This document shows, one piece after another, positions 1 to 12,479 of a stretch of 64,000 bases of DNA. The stretch's first letter is position 1, and each line of letters starts with the position of its first letter. A program made the position numbers and the translations under genes. Origin of the DNA: Lingula anatina (taxonomy: Eukaryota; Animalia; Brachiopoda); assembly GCA_051362555.1 (NCBI GenBank), contig CM120640.1, positions 51,438,788 through 51,502,787 of the forward strand. The letters are read 5' to 3'. The notes under the pieces are model-generated. The model was not told the DNA's origin. It was given only the letters and a program-made list of their open reading frames with translations, and made no database searches.

Positions 1-125
1 TGTGTTTTAAATACACCAAACAAAGCAACAGACAAACTTTTAAAAAAGGAAGTAAAATTTAATATGATATCATACACAATGCTAAAGCGAAAGCATGCTG
101 AAGGTGAAACAAATCGAGTACGAAC

Positions 126-3100
126 CTGATCAAATCGGCCTTTAAAGTTAGAATCAAAGGTGTCAATAGTCTCATCTTCAAAACAGTTGTTACCAAGGAC
201 CCACGCTGATTCTGTTCGCTTCATTTCACCTGTGTCAGACAAGGATATCTCAATTTTTATCTAGATTTGACATGTCACGTAGTAGAAACAAAATCAAATG
301 TCAACCTTAAAATTGGGTCACATTAGAACAGCTGCAGTCTTTGTAGCACTGAACTTAAATAGTCTTCGCTATTCTACCCTCTGGCTTAACTATTATTTTA
401 CTACGGGTAATGTCATGAGTTATACTTTGTTTGAATAAAATCAGCAGTTTAAATGGTGTCAGTAAAAATCATTCATTTAAATCACCTTTTGCCTTAACTC
501 TCTCTACTTCTTGGCCGTCCAGATACAAGATCATGCGATGTTTGTTGTATGTCATTACCACACAAACCCAACGACCCTGAGCGCCTTTGTTCTGAAATGG
601 AATTTAATTTACGTAAGAACAGATTAATGAAACAATTCTTTGAGACAGAATTAAACACAATTCACGACATTTCCTGTGTAGAAGCTTGATAGAAAAGATA
701 TACTGTGTCATTTAAAACCCTGATCACACATGTTCATCTTTCTGCGTGTATCTAACTACCGTACTTACCACTCCTACAGGATCAATTTGGTATGTTCCAT
801 TGACTGTTATCATGCTGACACCAATAGCGCCATTAGAATAATAGATGTCAATAGATGGTGGAATATCACATTTGCCGTTGTTGAGGAGAGCAATCTTTCT
901 GCCGGCCGTATCGACGTCATTATCAAGCCAGTAGAAGAAATGGATGGTGAATGGTGTCTGAGGGGGACTGTTCTTGAAAGACGGCATTTCAACGTGACCT
1001 GGAATTAGTTATTATATTTGAATGGGGATTGCCCATTAACGCCTTCAATGGTGTTTGTTATACTTGTACATAAACACAATGTCATACAAATTTACGTCAT
1101 ATCGTACACAACTGCAACAAAAGAGGGAGTGAAGTGTTTCAATCCACACACCCACCTCGTCCGTCCAGACACACGGCAGATTCTCCCACTGCAGATACCC
1201 GGGTCACGCCATCAGGGAGGTAGTCCGAGCACAGCGTCACGTTTCCCGACTCACTGGGTTCAGAATATGCAATTCTGCCAATTGAGGCAAAATCTACTTC
1301 GTATGGAAAGATAATACCCAAGTTTTCTGAAGAAATAAAAGTAAAAATTTACTATAGAAAATTGGTTGGACGCATTATATGAATATTTTGAAAACGTGTT
1401 ATTGGGACAAGGCCAATGATTGTTTTATTGGATTTTCACAAATATTTCAGAGTGCATGATGTTTGCAGTCTAATTCACATATTTAATAAACGTTCTTCTA
1501 AAGTAAAAGAAAAAAGACATTTAAAAAAAAATATTCGTCAATATTTATTTGAATTTTTTCAATCATTTAGGAAGTTTAATTTTTTTTTCTTTTGCAATTA
1601 AATGCACATACGTTATAAATCATACCTGGCGCTTCACATCTGCAGGCACTGATACTAAAGTTGTATGGGAAGCAGGAAATTGGTCCTACCACGTTATCTG
1701 GCCCATAGCGAATATAATATATTGCCACATCCTCTATCACATTCACCATTGTATTGCCAACACCGTCTGTGCATTCCTCTGGAAGGTACAGGTTAAAAGG
1801 TATTAACAATGCATACTATTTTGACGTAGTAATAAAGAGCCTTTTCAAAAAAAAAAAAAATTAAAAAACATGTAACTAATATTGTAAAATTTGCAAGAAA
1901 CGTCACAATAACCACTTGAACTCATTTGGTAATGATATATATATATATATACACTAGGATACACACTAATATACTTACGGTCTAATGTATAGTCGGGGAC
2001 TATGTCAGGCGGTGTAGTCGTCTTCTGGGCGGCTGAAATTACAGGTTTATAAATAAATATATATATGAGATTAAACTCACATTTTGATTAACACTTCACA
2101 TTCTGGTTATCACTCATATTTTGGCTTATTCTCTGAAAGAATCTATGTCAGAAGATTTGCAGAAAAGACAAATCTGCAAACGACAGTGATTATATTCAAA
2201 ACATGTACTTACGGAATGGACAGTGTGGAGTACCCATGGGTGGCTTAGGTGCGGTACCTTTGCAGATTGCTCTTGGATCGTCACAACGGGCACATGTTTG
2301 CATGTCTTGGTCCCACACTGTTCCGATTGAGCAGTTGCGTTCAATAACATCATACATCCAGCCGTCTGGGCCTCTCTCGGGACGTCTGATACACACCCAA
2401 TAGGACGTACAGCTGTAGGGATTCAGTACATATCCAAGGGCTCCATTTTCGGTCAGAGGACCACCATTGACAACACAGTTGCCGCAGTGCTCTGAAAAAT
2501 ATTACAAAAAGAGACATCGATGTAAGTTTAATGCTTTATACTGGCTAACAAGCAGACAAACAGCCATAGAGGTAGCCAACCAGCCGAGAGCCAGCCAGCC
2601 AGCCAGACAGACAAAAACCTGTACCGTACGCCAACCATACAAAAGATTTTATTTTTATGTATTGCTCACATTTTGAGATAAGTATTGTGTGTTATATGTG
2701 CATCAGATATAATTGCAGTAGGAATACGATTAAGAATGCCCCATCCAAGCTGTAAGAAAATGCCAGGGCCGCAGACTATGGGCACCCTGAGCTTCAGAGC
2801 TAACTTGACACTAACCTCTTCACTGTAGCCTATCTTCATCGTGTCAAGTAACCTCTGACGAAAATAGTTTGACCTAGTTTATATAAGCCAATCAAATCCA
2901 TGTTTCAAAATTTTTCACCAAAGTTTGGTGAAAACGCTGATTGGTTGACCGTCAATCGGCAATCCTCGGCTGATTCCGCAAGCTCCATACTAACAACATA
3001 GTTATTGTCGAGTGCGGAGACATCCGAGTAGTTCCGAGTGTATTACCGTACACAAAGAAAGCAAAGCGAGTGACTACGAAAAAGAATGTGTTAAGTTATC

Positions 3101-5950
3101 TCTTGATTCTTTGCAAAATATGAGTAAATCGGAATTGAAACCATAGGGTCTAGCAGTTTGAAGCCCTGCATCATTATCTACTGAGAGACGATGTTATTTG
3201 CGTGCTGCCCACAGGTTACGGCAAGTCCCTGATATTCAGCCTTATCTTTAATTGGTCCGGATTTGAACAAAGCGCGCTTTGACTCGTTCGCGTTCATTGG
3301 CTAGATCGTTCAATGAGTCATTGAGTGCGGGCTTTTAAATTTGATTGGCGGGCGGCGGAGGCAATCGAATCTGGTCAGAGGTTACTTGACACGATGAAGA
3401 TAGGCTACAGTGAAGAGGTTAGTGTCAAGTTAGCTCTGAAGCTCAGGGTGACTATGGGTACAGTCAAATAAAATCTGATTCCTTCACTTTGAAGGGTGAG
3501 CAACAAGAAAATAAAATGCCTGACCAACTGCACGCCTTGTAATCCTTCCCCAACTGTTTGTGAAAGTTTCGTGTTTCCAAATAAGCGGTGCATTCTAACC
3601 AGTTTTCACTTGCACATAATGTGTTACATCAAAGTGAATTTTTGACTTAAATGGTAGAAAAAAATACGATCACCTTATTTTGAATGTCCATGTGCACTAT
3701 GACGATTAAGAGTTTGTATATTCAATATACTCAGCCTTTGTAACTTAAGTTTTTATCAAGTAAAGAAAGTGTCATTTAAGATGCCCCGAGTCACACAGAT
3801 TGTCTTAAATGCCTAAAAATATTGTTGATCTCAAATGCTTCACTGTAAATACTATTCACCATAATGTTATCCAAACGTCTTATAACACGAAAGATCGAAT
3901 GAGAACAATAAAAGGACTAAAAAAATTTTCTTCAATTATGATGTTAGTAAAACTTTACACCACTTATTTTAAATAATAAACTACGCGCTTGAAATATTAA
4001 TTTCAGTGTGGACGTTGCATTATAATAAGTAAATTACGGCGAAATTAGTCAGTCAAAAGTGTTTAGTCTAAGACAAAAGTGCTTGCTGCAACTTTTACTA
4101 TCTTAACGATACGTGTTATAATTAGGCCTAGACCAAGACAGAGACCAAAAAATGAATTGGACCAAAGGTCCGCCACAAGTCACACAACTGCACTTCAATG
4201 GAGCTAAAAAATACTTACCGTCGATATCGACAAAATCTGGAGGCACGTAAGGAGTGGTGGTCGTTGGAGTAGTTGTGGTTGTTGGAGCCCTGGTTGTAGT
4301 GGTCCTTCGGGTAGTGGTGGTAGGTTCGCGAGTGGTGGTAGTAGGTCTTGGAGTTGTTGTTGTAGTGGTGGTGTTTGGCAATAATGTCACAACTGTGAAC
4401 AGATATTAGTTGATATTCGTCAATATCACATGATAATCATTACAAAACATTTGGGAAATGAAGGAGTTAACGAATGAAACAAGTAGTACAGACATAAACC
4501 CCGAGTAATACATAAACATAATAATCACGCTTCTGTCTATCTATCTATCTATGATTTGAACTTGCTCACCGCTTGTGCAGATGGCGTCTGCAATTCTAGA
4601 TCTGAACTGCAACAGTTGTTCAAAACTGGTGACAATGAAGACTTTGTCTGAATCTGTGGCCATCAGAGCAAGCTCATCCTCATTTAGCTAGAAAAAATAT
4701 ACAAATACATTAAGGCTGGAGACTTATGGTTGTCAAAGTGCCCTTTTGATGAGACTGAAAACAAACTAGAAGGAAAAAGGCTGGGAGTAGTGTAAAATTC
4801 ATGCATAGCGTAAAAAAGAGTTTTACCTCTTTACCAATTCCAATAGCGTACACCACGGCTTGCCTCTTCAGCATTTCGGCAGCTATTTTGGTTCTGTCAG
4901 GGAACGTAGACGCGCCATCAGTCAGTATAATAGCGACGTTGACAATGCCTCTTCTGTCACCAGGTGGGACAAATAGCTGTAATCTCGCACGGCTAAGAGC
5001 AAGATGCGTAGCTGTAGCCCCAGGTGTAAACGGGACACCATCAACTGCTTTAAGGAGACCAGCCTGTGTTAGGTGTTCATTTAACTTAAAGCGCAAGTCC
5101 GAAGACGATGAAAATGTCACCATTCCAACTCTGACGTTGTCCGGGCCAATATCAAAACCACGGATCATACTTGAAACAAAATTCATTTCAGTTCTAAAAT
5201 CAGCTTCCCCAAGGCTGTCTGACGAATCAACTAGAAATGCAAGATCGGCCTCACCACGACAAACTGAAAAAGAAACAAAGTTGTCATGTACTTCAAGGCA
5301 TTGGCTCGGTTTGTCTGGGTGTGTGTGTGTGTGTGTGTGTGTTGGATGGTTGTGTGGGTGGGGGCTTTGACAAATGATTAGGCCTACAAAACCTTTGTTA
5401 GCAGGTAATAAGTTATAAATGTACATAAAATAAAGATATCAATGTCCAAAAATACCTTTTTCAATCTGACGTAACAGTATGAATTTTAGGTAAAATATTT
5501 TATTCAATTTCAAAAGTTAGTGTGAAATTTAGCTTTCCTACAATGTTTTTGGTACTACAGATCATTGTTTTATAACAGATGGTCTAATCGAAAAACTTTA
5601 TTCTTCGCATGTTTCTTAAAATTACTAAAATGTTTTTCAAATTATCCCATGAGATTGATTATTTACGCTTTAAATCAATTTTTATCCTTTCCTAAATTTG
5701 AAAAGCGTTAATCGAGATGTTGGAGCGGAACACAAGTAACGAAGAAAGTCTCTGTTAATTGTGAAAATGTACTTATGACAAGAAAACTTAGTATATACGT
5801 TTATTTATGTTTATGCAAACTTGATAACAGTTGTATGTGTATCAAAGTCTTGTTGACGTCATTTAACATACCAGTGATGACATCCTGTGCCCTGACAGAC
5901 TCAGGAATAAGAGATGCAGCAAAGATGGACAACAGCAGTATCATCTGCAT
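126..5950 (-). CDS. Secreted Pif/BMSP-like matrix protein: signal peptide - VWA - Thr/Pro mucin linker - chitin-binding peritrophin-A (ChtBD2) - Cys module - laminin G/ConA-like domain; last exon lies left of the window
   Basis: Phase-consistent GT-AG exons: 5950-5872 (MQMILLLSIFAASLIPESVRAQ), 5263-4827 (VWA, ADLAFLVDSSDS...TATHLAL...ILTDG, intact MIDAS), 4687-4570, 4392-4219 (PTTTTR repeats), 2491-2213 (CGNC...NPYSCTSYWVC...CSIGTVWDQDMQTC), 2032-1979, 1778-1626, 1326-1156, 998-769, 591-486 (WVCVVMTYNKHRMILYLDG), 229-126 (FKGRFDQ). 635 codons in window with no internal stop. Confidence 0.9.
2783..3450. mobile_element. Non-autonomous DNA transposon (MITE), 77-bp perfect TIRs, 8-bp TSD (hAT- or P-like)
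   Basis: 2783-2859 (CACCCTGAGCTTCAGAGC...) is the exact reverse complement of 3374-3450. ACTATGGG flanks both ends (2775-2782, 3451-3458). Lies in an intron of the Pif-like gene. Confidence 0.92.
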
Positions 5951-6175
5951 CGTCAGAACTGAAAGCCAGCAGAATTTCAGATACATGTATAAATTATTGG
6001 CTTATGGCCTATGAAATGTTTTATATGTGAAATATTTTATATATAAAAAACATACATAAGGTATCTTAAATAACTAAAATTTATGATATCTAAAAAGCCA
6101 TTTTTGATAATTGCTCATAAATGTGTTTCTCAAATTATTCTAAGAAGAAACGCATATAGAAAAATTGTATCTTAC

Positions 6176-6260
6176 CCGAATGTGCGAAAAAACAAGCGAA
6201 GAGGAGGTGCTTCTCCGGCGTACCTTGAGTCAAATCAAGTCGCTAGCTTTTAAAGGGGTT
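6176..6260 (-). promoter_or_regulatory. Probable non-coding first exon and core promoter of the Pif-like gene
   Basis: The ATG exon has an acceptor at 5959-5960, so an upstream exon is needed. A GTAAG donor sits at 6175-6171 and a TATA-like TTTAAAAA lies near 6250. Confidence 0.45.
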
Positions 6261-8479
6261 CCAACGACCTTGTAGTTATTCAAATCAAAAACAAAATATA
6301 GCCCCAAAGTTGGAGGTGTCCCAAACAAACACGCTTAAATTTGACTTAAATCTCTTAAGTACCACAAAAATTTCTTTAAAATCAACAGTCAACACATTAT
6401 TATTAATTAGTAGCATTTGCATGCATTAACGATGGCCGCAAACTTTTTTGAGTTGCATGAATAACAAGTGCACCATCGAATAATTTGCATTGAAAATATT
6501 TGTCATTATCATTATCATTTGAATTAATTCGTCATGTTCATTTATTTTAATTCTTAACATAATTATATTGTAAAGAAAGTTCCTCCGATTTTATCAACTT
6601 CTGATTTAGTGATGTAGAGAAATTATTCCCAGATTCACTGTAGTGATTTATGTGATTTAATGAATTCTTTGGTGCTCATTATAACTGATTTGTACAAAAC
6701 CTTGTCCGTACTTAAACATTAGCGTAAGGTCATCTTTAACGACATAATCTGCTCTGCTCACCTCGAGTGTCGTCACTTGGTTGTCGTGCTCTCTCCACTG
6801 TTGATCTTGCTGTATTTTCATATTAGAGCCAGCCATTCGATCACTGAATTCTTCAGTCAAGAATTTCAACCAAAGATATTTTCTTATGTTTTTGCTGTAT
6901 TTTGACGAAACTAAATAAATCAATCGAGTAATCTTCACAGCTATGGAATTTTTAAAAATATATCAGCCCATTTCCTTGATGTCATCCTTAATCACCTGTC
7001 AATTTTCGGTTGTCATTTACATAGAAAATTCAGCACATTTCACTGTTACTTCGCAAGCTGATATCAAAGTAAAGATGGCCGCCATTTTAACATTTTTGAC
7101 GCAAACTCTTCTTCATGCCCACATGTAAAATACATCAAAGCATTTTTATTCTTCTTTAATATCTATGTGCAAACGGTTATTTTAAAACAAATTGAGATTC
7201 ATCTCGGGTTTTTTATAATGGGACGCGGTAAACACTGTTTTGAAAGACTAAGAGAAAATTGAGGACAAAGGTCACAACGGCACTTCTTTTTCAATCTAAA
7301 TGGGAAAGAAAACAGCAAAAAATACATTAGAAAAATATATAAGAATTGCAAATAAAGAGTAATTTGTAGGGATTGTTGCATTCCTGATGTATTCCCCTTG
7401 CAAAGTGACATAGCTAACATATTTGACATCTTCCCCGTCAGCCATTTACTTTTTCTCATTTTTAGAGGATGGTGTAAAAAGATATAATGAAAAAGATATA
7501 GTGAAAGAAGAGGCAGCATGGCAAATAAGATAAAAAGAATAAAGATAAAAAAATATGTTTTAAAATAGGCATGTGCATACAGTATTTAAAAAATTACACC
7601 AATAAGAAAAAAAATAAGAAAGTAAAAACCCAAATACCGGTACATAGTGGACGGTGAATTAATTAAACAAATTTGAATACAACACAAAATGAACTCGTGA
7701 AAAATAAGTTCGTACTGTATACAGTGTAAAATATACATGGAAACCCTAAGTAAACCGGAGTAAACTTGATCGTAAGTTTGTATGCCAGGAAAAGAATATG
7801 CAATAATATTTTATATGACTGTTAGCTATTGCCTGTTACCTATTACCTGCTATTGACTGATACTTTTGCACCTGACCAACTGAGTTCAAACCCGTGGGAA
7901 AGAGATAATAGAAATGATAATTGAAATAATCAACAAGCCATGCTTCGCCGCTCAAAGCATTTATTATTATCTTGAACAAGTGAAATCAAAACAAACCCAA
8001 CACACAAACATGTAGTTGTATTCTATACTGGGGTGATTACTGGCCTGAAGACCCTCATAGAAACCTCATTTTTCTAATTATTACTATACATGTATTGGGA
8101 TAATATCATATTATGATATATATTATGATTTAACTCAAAATATTTCTGAACAATCCATACCTAAAGGATTGTGTACCCCTATACAAATCCCTAACGAGGG
8201 CTAATCAATATACTCAAATGCAAAATATAGTAAAAAAAAAAATTCACTTTGCAACATAGGATGCATATTTGCTCGTTTAATGTTATATTTTGTCCTAAAA
8301 AATAGGGAAGTTTCTTCTTATTTAGGCAACGTGACGTTAAGGACAAACACTGACGGAGTATGCTGATCAAAATACCAATAACAGGTAGGACTGGCATTGT
8401 CTTCAGGTGTCATGTTTACCTGTTCAAGTCCATGAAAGCGAATAAATGTAGCTAGGTGTAGATACATGTTACAACAACT

Positions 8480-9692
8480 TAAACCCCTGCACACTGGACG
8501 GCATCCTTTCTACGTCCTTTATGCGACCATGAGACTGGCCAGGTTGCCGCTCAAAGAACGCACGGTGTAACGGTGATCGCTTTGCGGTCACAACCGACCG
8601 TACGGTTTCTTACGGCCAGATTTTGCGCAGAATCTCACGTACATGTACCACACAAGTCCTTCTTACGAAATTTACAGTATGCAGACAGCACATAAGCACG
8701 TATGGGGGATATTGGACATGTCCAACAAACTCCAATAATCTACAGACAGCGTAGTACGGTAGTACGGAGTTTGCAAGGAGTTCGCAAGTGAGATCAAGTG
8801 GCCCAAGACGCACGTTGCAAGCAATTGAGTAGCAAGTGCCTCACAACTTCCGAATAAAATCGAACGCACAGAGGGAGTGCCCCCACGCCCAGGAGTATAA
8901 AAGGCGTGCTCAGGGCGCACGCTCGTGTTTAGCCAATGAACGTGCACAACAATTTTCAAAACTTTCGCATTTTACTCAATTCAGCTTCCGATATGTGTCC
9001 AAAAGGTTGGGGAAATAAGTTTTAGGAGCAGAGAAGAAGGGATGAGGAAGAAGAAAGAAAGGGGGAACACGAGGCAAAACTGACGTAGGCCGTCAGTACG
9101 TCATCAAAAGCGCGTGAGGCAGGTTTGACGCAAAACTGACGCAATGTGTGAACTAATTTGGTCGTGCGTTGCAATCTCCTCGTAAGTGGTGAGTGCAAGC
9201 TGCGTACGCAGGTAGCAAGACAAACTCAAGAACTGAGTACAATTTCACGGCAATCGCACCTTGCAATTAGCGCCACTGCTTGAAAGGACATCTCACGTGG
9301 CCCCTGCGACTTGCAAGGCAGCCTTGCACCTTTCCATTACAACCTTTCCTTTTCCTCTACTAACTCCACGGCTTCTACTGCACTTAAAATTCGCAGGGCA
9401 CGTACGATCCTAAAATTCGTGCGTCAAGCTGTGACCGAGGCTTTAGATCGCACACAGAACGTTCAAGCATTGCCGAGGACGCCAAGGTCGCCGCAAAGTT
9501 TTGAGCATGTTCAAAACGATCGCACAAAGAAAGCAGTGGAGGTTGGTCGCTGCAAGGTCATTCAAGGGACACAGATAGGATGCACAAGTATCGCTGTGGT
9601 CGCAGAAGGGAAGCACAAGCATCGCTTGGGTTGCAGAATGAATGCTCAATGATCCGCCAGTGGTCGGCAAGTATTTTTTCCCTCTCAATCGC
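8480..9692. mobile_element. GC-richer non-autonomous DNA transposon, probably PIF/Harbinger-like, right end truncated
   Basis: Left end CCCCTGCACACTGGACGGCATCCTTTCT...GCGACCATGAGACTGG and segment 9590-9690 both match the short TIR element at 10155-10362. Confidence 0.6.
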
Positions 9693-10154
9693 GCCCTGCT
9701 AGGGTATTTTTCACAATAGACAGAAAATCTGAGGATAACAGCTACTAGTGGTCTCATGCCACTATCCAATCGGTATTTTTACTTAAATTCTTAAACCGAT
9801 CTATTTTTGGAGGTGATTTGAACGAATATTTTGCCTTTTTAAAGATGTAGTTCTTGTCTTTTTTTTTTCCAGAATGCATCTATTGAAAACGGATTCAAAC
9901 ATTCTAGGTTGTGTCAGTCAGACTCCCTCGTTTTCGGCGCCTGTCCATCCTTTTACATAAGGACGACAGTGATTATCAGTCCATGCAGATCTAGCCTTGC
10001 ATTACTGTAGTTTGAAAAAAAAAGGTGTATTCCAAATTATTTTTGTCTTCTGGACCAGTTCTTAATTGGTTGACCGGGTTAGAACTAATGAAAAAATATG
10101 AAAGAGACCGAATATATCGAAGGACGTCCCAAAAACGCTCATTGGGCTTTAGTA

Positions 10155-10362
10155 AACCCCCCCTTTACACTGGATGGCGTCCTTTCTGCGACCATGAAAC
10201 TGGCATCGCTCTTGTCGTAGAAATGAGGCACAAACATCGCTTTTTGGTTGCAGAATGAATGCTTAATGATTAGCTAGTTGTCGGCACGTAAAATATGTTT
10301 TTACTCTCAAACGGGACCGTACTACGGAACGCAGAAGGACGCCATCCAGTGAAAAGGGGACT
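10155..10362. mobile_element. ~200-bp MITE, internally deleted relative of the 8480-9692 element
   Basis: TIRs CCCCTTTACACTGGATGGCGTCCTTTCTGCG / CGCAGAAGGACGCCATCCAGTGAAAAGGGG. Confidence 0.75.
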
Positions 10363-11043
10363 TGTCTGACAAAGATGAATCGTGTAGTTATTAAAAAGAA
10401 CAAACCAGTGCCAAGGATTTTGATTATTATAATTTCTTTAACCAATGAGTAAAAAACCCATTGAAAATTCGTGTAATTTACTTTATCTGTCTTAAAATAT
10501 AAATAGAGAGATTTTAAGTAAATTAGTCGCATCGCCCTACTCCGAGCCCAGCTTATAAAAATGGAACTCCCCCCTCCTAAACTGCGGATATGAGGTCACC
10601 AGCAAAATGGCCATACTTTACTTGAATACAAATAGTGTCCATGAACACTTTACATGTATGATAATATAACAACCAGTTTTATATAAATGCGTTTTAGTCT
10701 GATTATGGCTATCGGGATTTATAACCTTTAACAAGTCGTTCTCAACTTCGTTAACTACACAAACAATATAAGAGTATCACTTACTGTGGTGTTTATTTGG
10801 TTTACATCTAATCAAAGCACTTGGAAAATTAAATCTTCGTTTAAGGAGAACACATTCCCCTTTATATCGCAGGAAGCGTATTTCTTCGGTAAAAATGTTT
10901 CCATTGTTTTTAAAAACCAGGTCTCACAAAAGAAGATTTCGTGAAGAAAATGTAATCCTTGACTTGGAGTAATTTCAAAGTATCTTTAGGCAAATACATC
11001 TAAGCAATACCTTCTGCGTAAGCCCTTGAGTGTGCTGTAAAGA

Positions 11044-11074
11044 AATAATAATGATAATAATAATAATAATAATA

Positions 11075-11103
<29 letters not shown>
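11044..11103. repeat. (AAT)n(ATT)n palindromic microsatellite
   Basis: An AAT run is followed directly by an ATT run. Confidence 0.9.
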
Positions 11104-11105
<2 letters not shown>

Positions 11106-12479
11106 TTAGTTCCTTATAAACAGAACAGCTACCGGTATATACATCATTTTCAGTAAAAGTAAAAACAAAATTGAAACGATTTTAAGACGTTAAATAAAGA
11201 ATATCCGATTAAAGGACAGAGCCTTACATTAATATTGTTAGTGATGATAAAATATTAATACTTGCATTGCAAGAATATAAAAACTGAATCTTAAACTGAA
11301 AGTTAAATATCAAGTCAGTGTTAAAAAAAAACAATTTGAAAGATCTATATTTAATATATCAGCGCTTGCTACGATTCGGATGTTTTAAGGCAGCCGATTT
11401 CATAAAGGGGCTGAAATCGAGAATGGCCTGTGTCCGTATGTGCTAAGTTTTTGCTTAAATAACAACAAGGAGAAGTAATTTGTCCATGATGTCGATAAGT
11501 TAGAGTGATGGTCCTAGCAGAGAGTAAAAATAATGTGGACTTTCACTTCTGGCACGTTTAAAAAACCTCTTATCTACATTGTATAAGTATAATGCTCTGG
11601 CAAATTAAAAGAACCGGTGTGATATTGGAGAGTAGATCAATTTTAGCTATCTTTAGAGTTGCAGAGCTTTGTACCGACTGTAGTATGTTTGTGAGATGCA
11701 GTGGGAGGCCAAAAAGCAAGCTCATGTCGTAACCAAGGTAAGAGGTGACAAATGTCTGAATAAGCTTTTCCTTGTAGGTTTAGTCTAAATGGTGTGGGGA
11801 GGGAAGGCGTTGATTTGATAAAATGGGTAATGATAATGAATGGCTGGAATGCAATTCTGGGTTACAATGTAGCATGCATATTTACAGTAACCCCTCCAAG
11901 TAAATGTTGGCTGTGTAGGGCACAAGCAATTAACCTTAAAATGGCATTGAGTTTTATTTTCCCAACTGACTTTTTAAAATGTGTGTGAAGTTAATTCTTA
12001 CCCCCTCACGTTTAACTGGCCATATCTAGTGTCATTACAACTTTCATATATCAAACAAGCTGATGGTGTTGAATCTATTTAAAAGGGAGTTGTTTGTCTG
12101 CTATGTTAATGTGTGTTTAAACCAGAGATTTAATCTAGTCGATAGAATTTAATGTTTACACTCTCATTTAATTAAAATCAGTCGTCATCTGTCTAGTCTT
12201 GCTCCTCTTGGGAACAATGTTTGAATATCAATCAGGACAAGCATTAAAATCATCTGGATAGCACTATGCTATTGTGCATTTTCATTAATTCAGTTAATTG
12301 GCCATACGATTGCTTAAAAGCTGAATATCCTACTTATACTACTTGTAGTATTTGAGTTAAAGGGCATTATCTCACTTTTAATTTGATATGAGGGAAGACA
12401 ACCTGTGAAGAAACAGAACTTAACTGGAAATTATCGGTTCCAGATGACGGTACACCTAGATAAATACCCACCAGTAATA

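Noticed and set aside
4250-4380. Short periodic repeats that might suggest a CRISPR-like or satellite array
   Set aside because: These are coding Thr/Pro mucin repeats in a eukaryotic exon, with no constant repeat-spacer structure.
4801-5370. 189-aa plus-strand ORF
   Set aside because: Antisense shadow of the VWA exon, ending in a GT microsatellite, with no independent features.
7878-7900. GAGTTCAAACCC box-B-like motif
   Set aside because: No cloverleaf or box A is recognisable; at most a decayed SINE fragment, not a tRNA gene.
8610-9769. Several 60-113 aa ORFs
   Set aside because: They lie inside a non-autonomous transposon and show no transposase motifs or splice structure.
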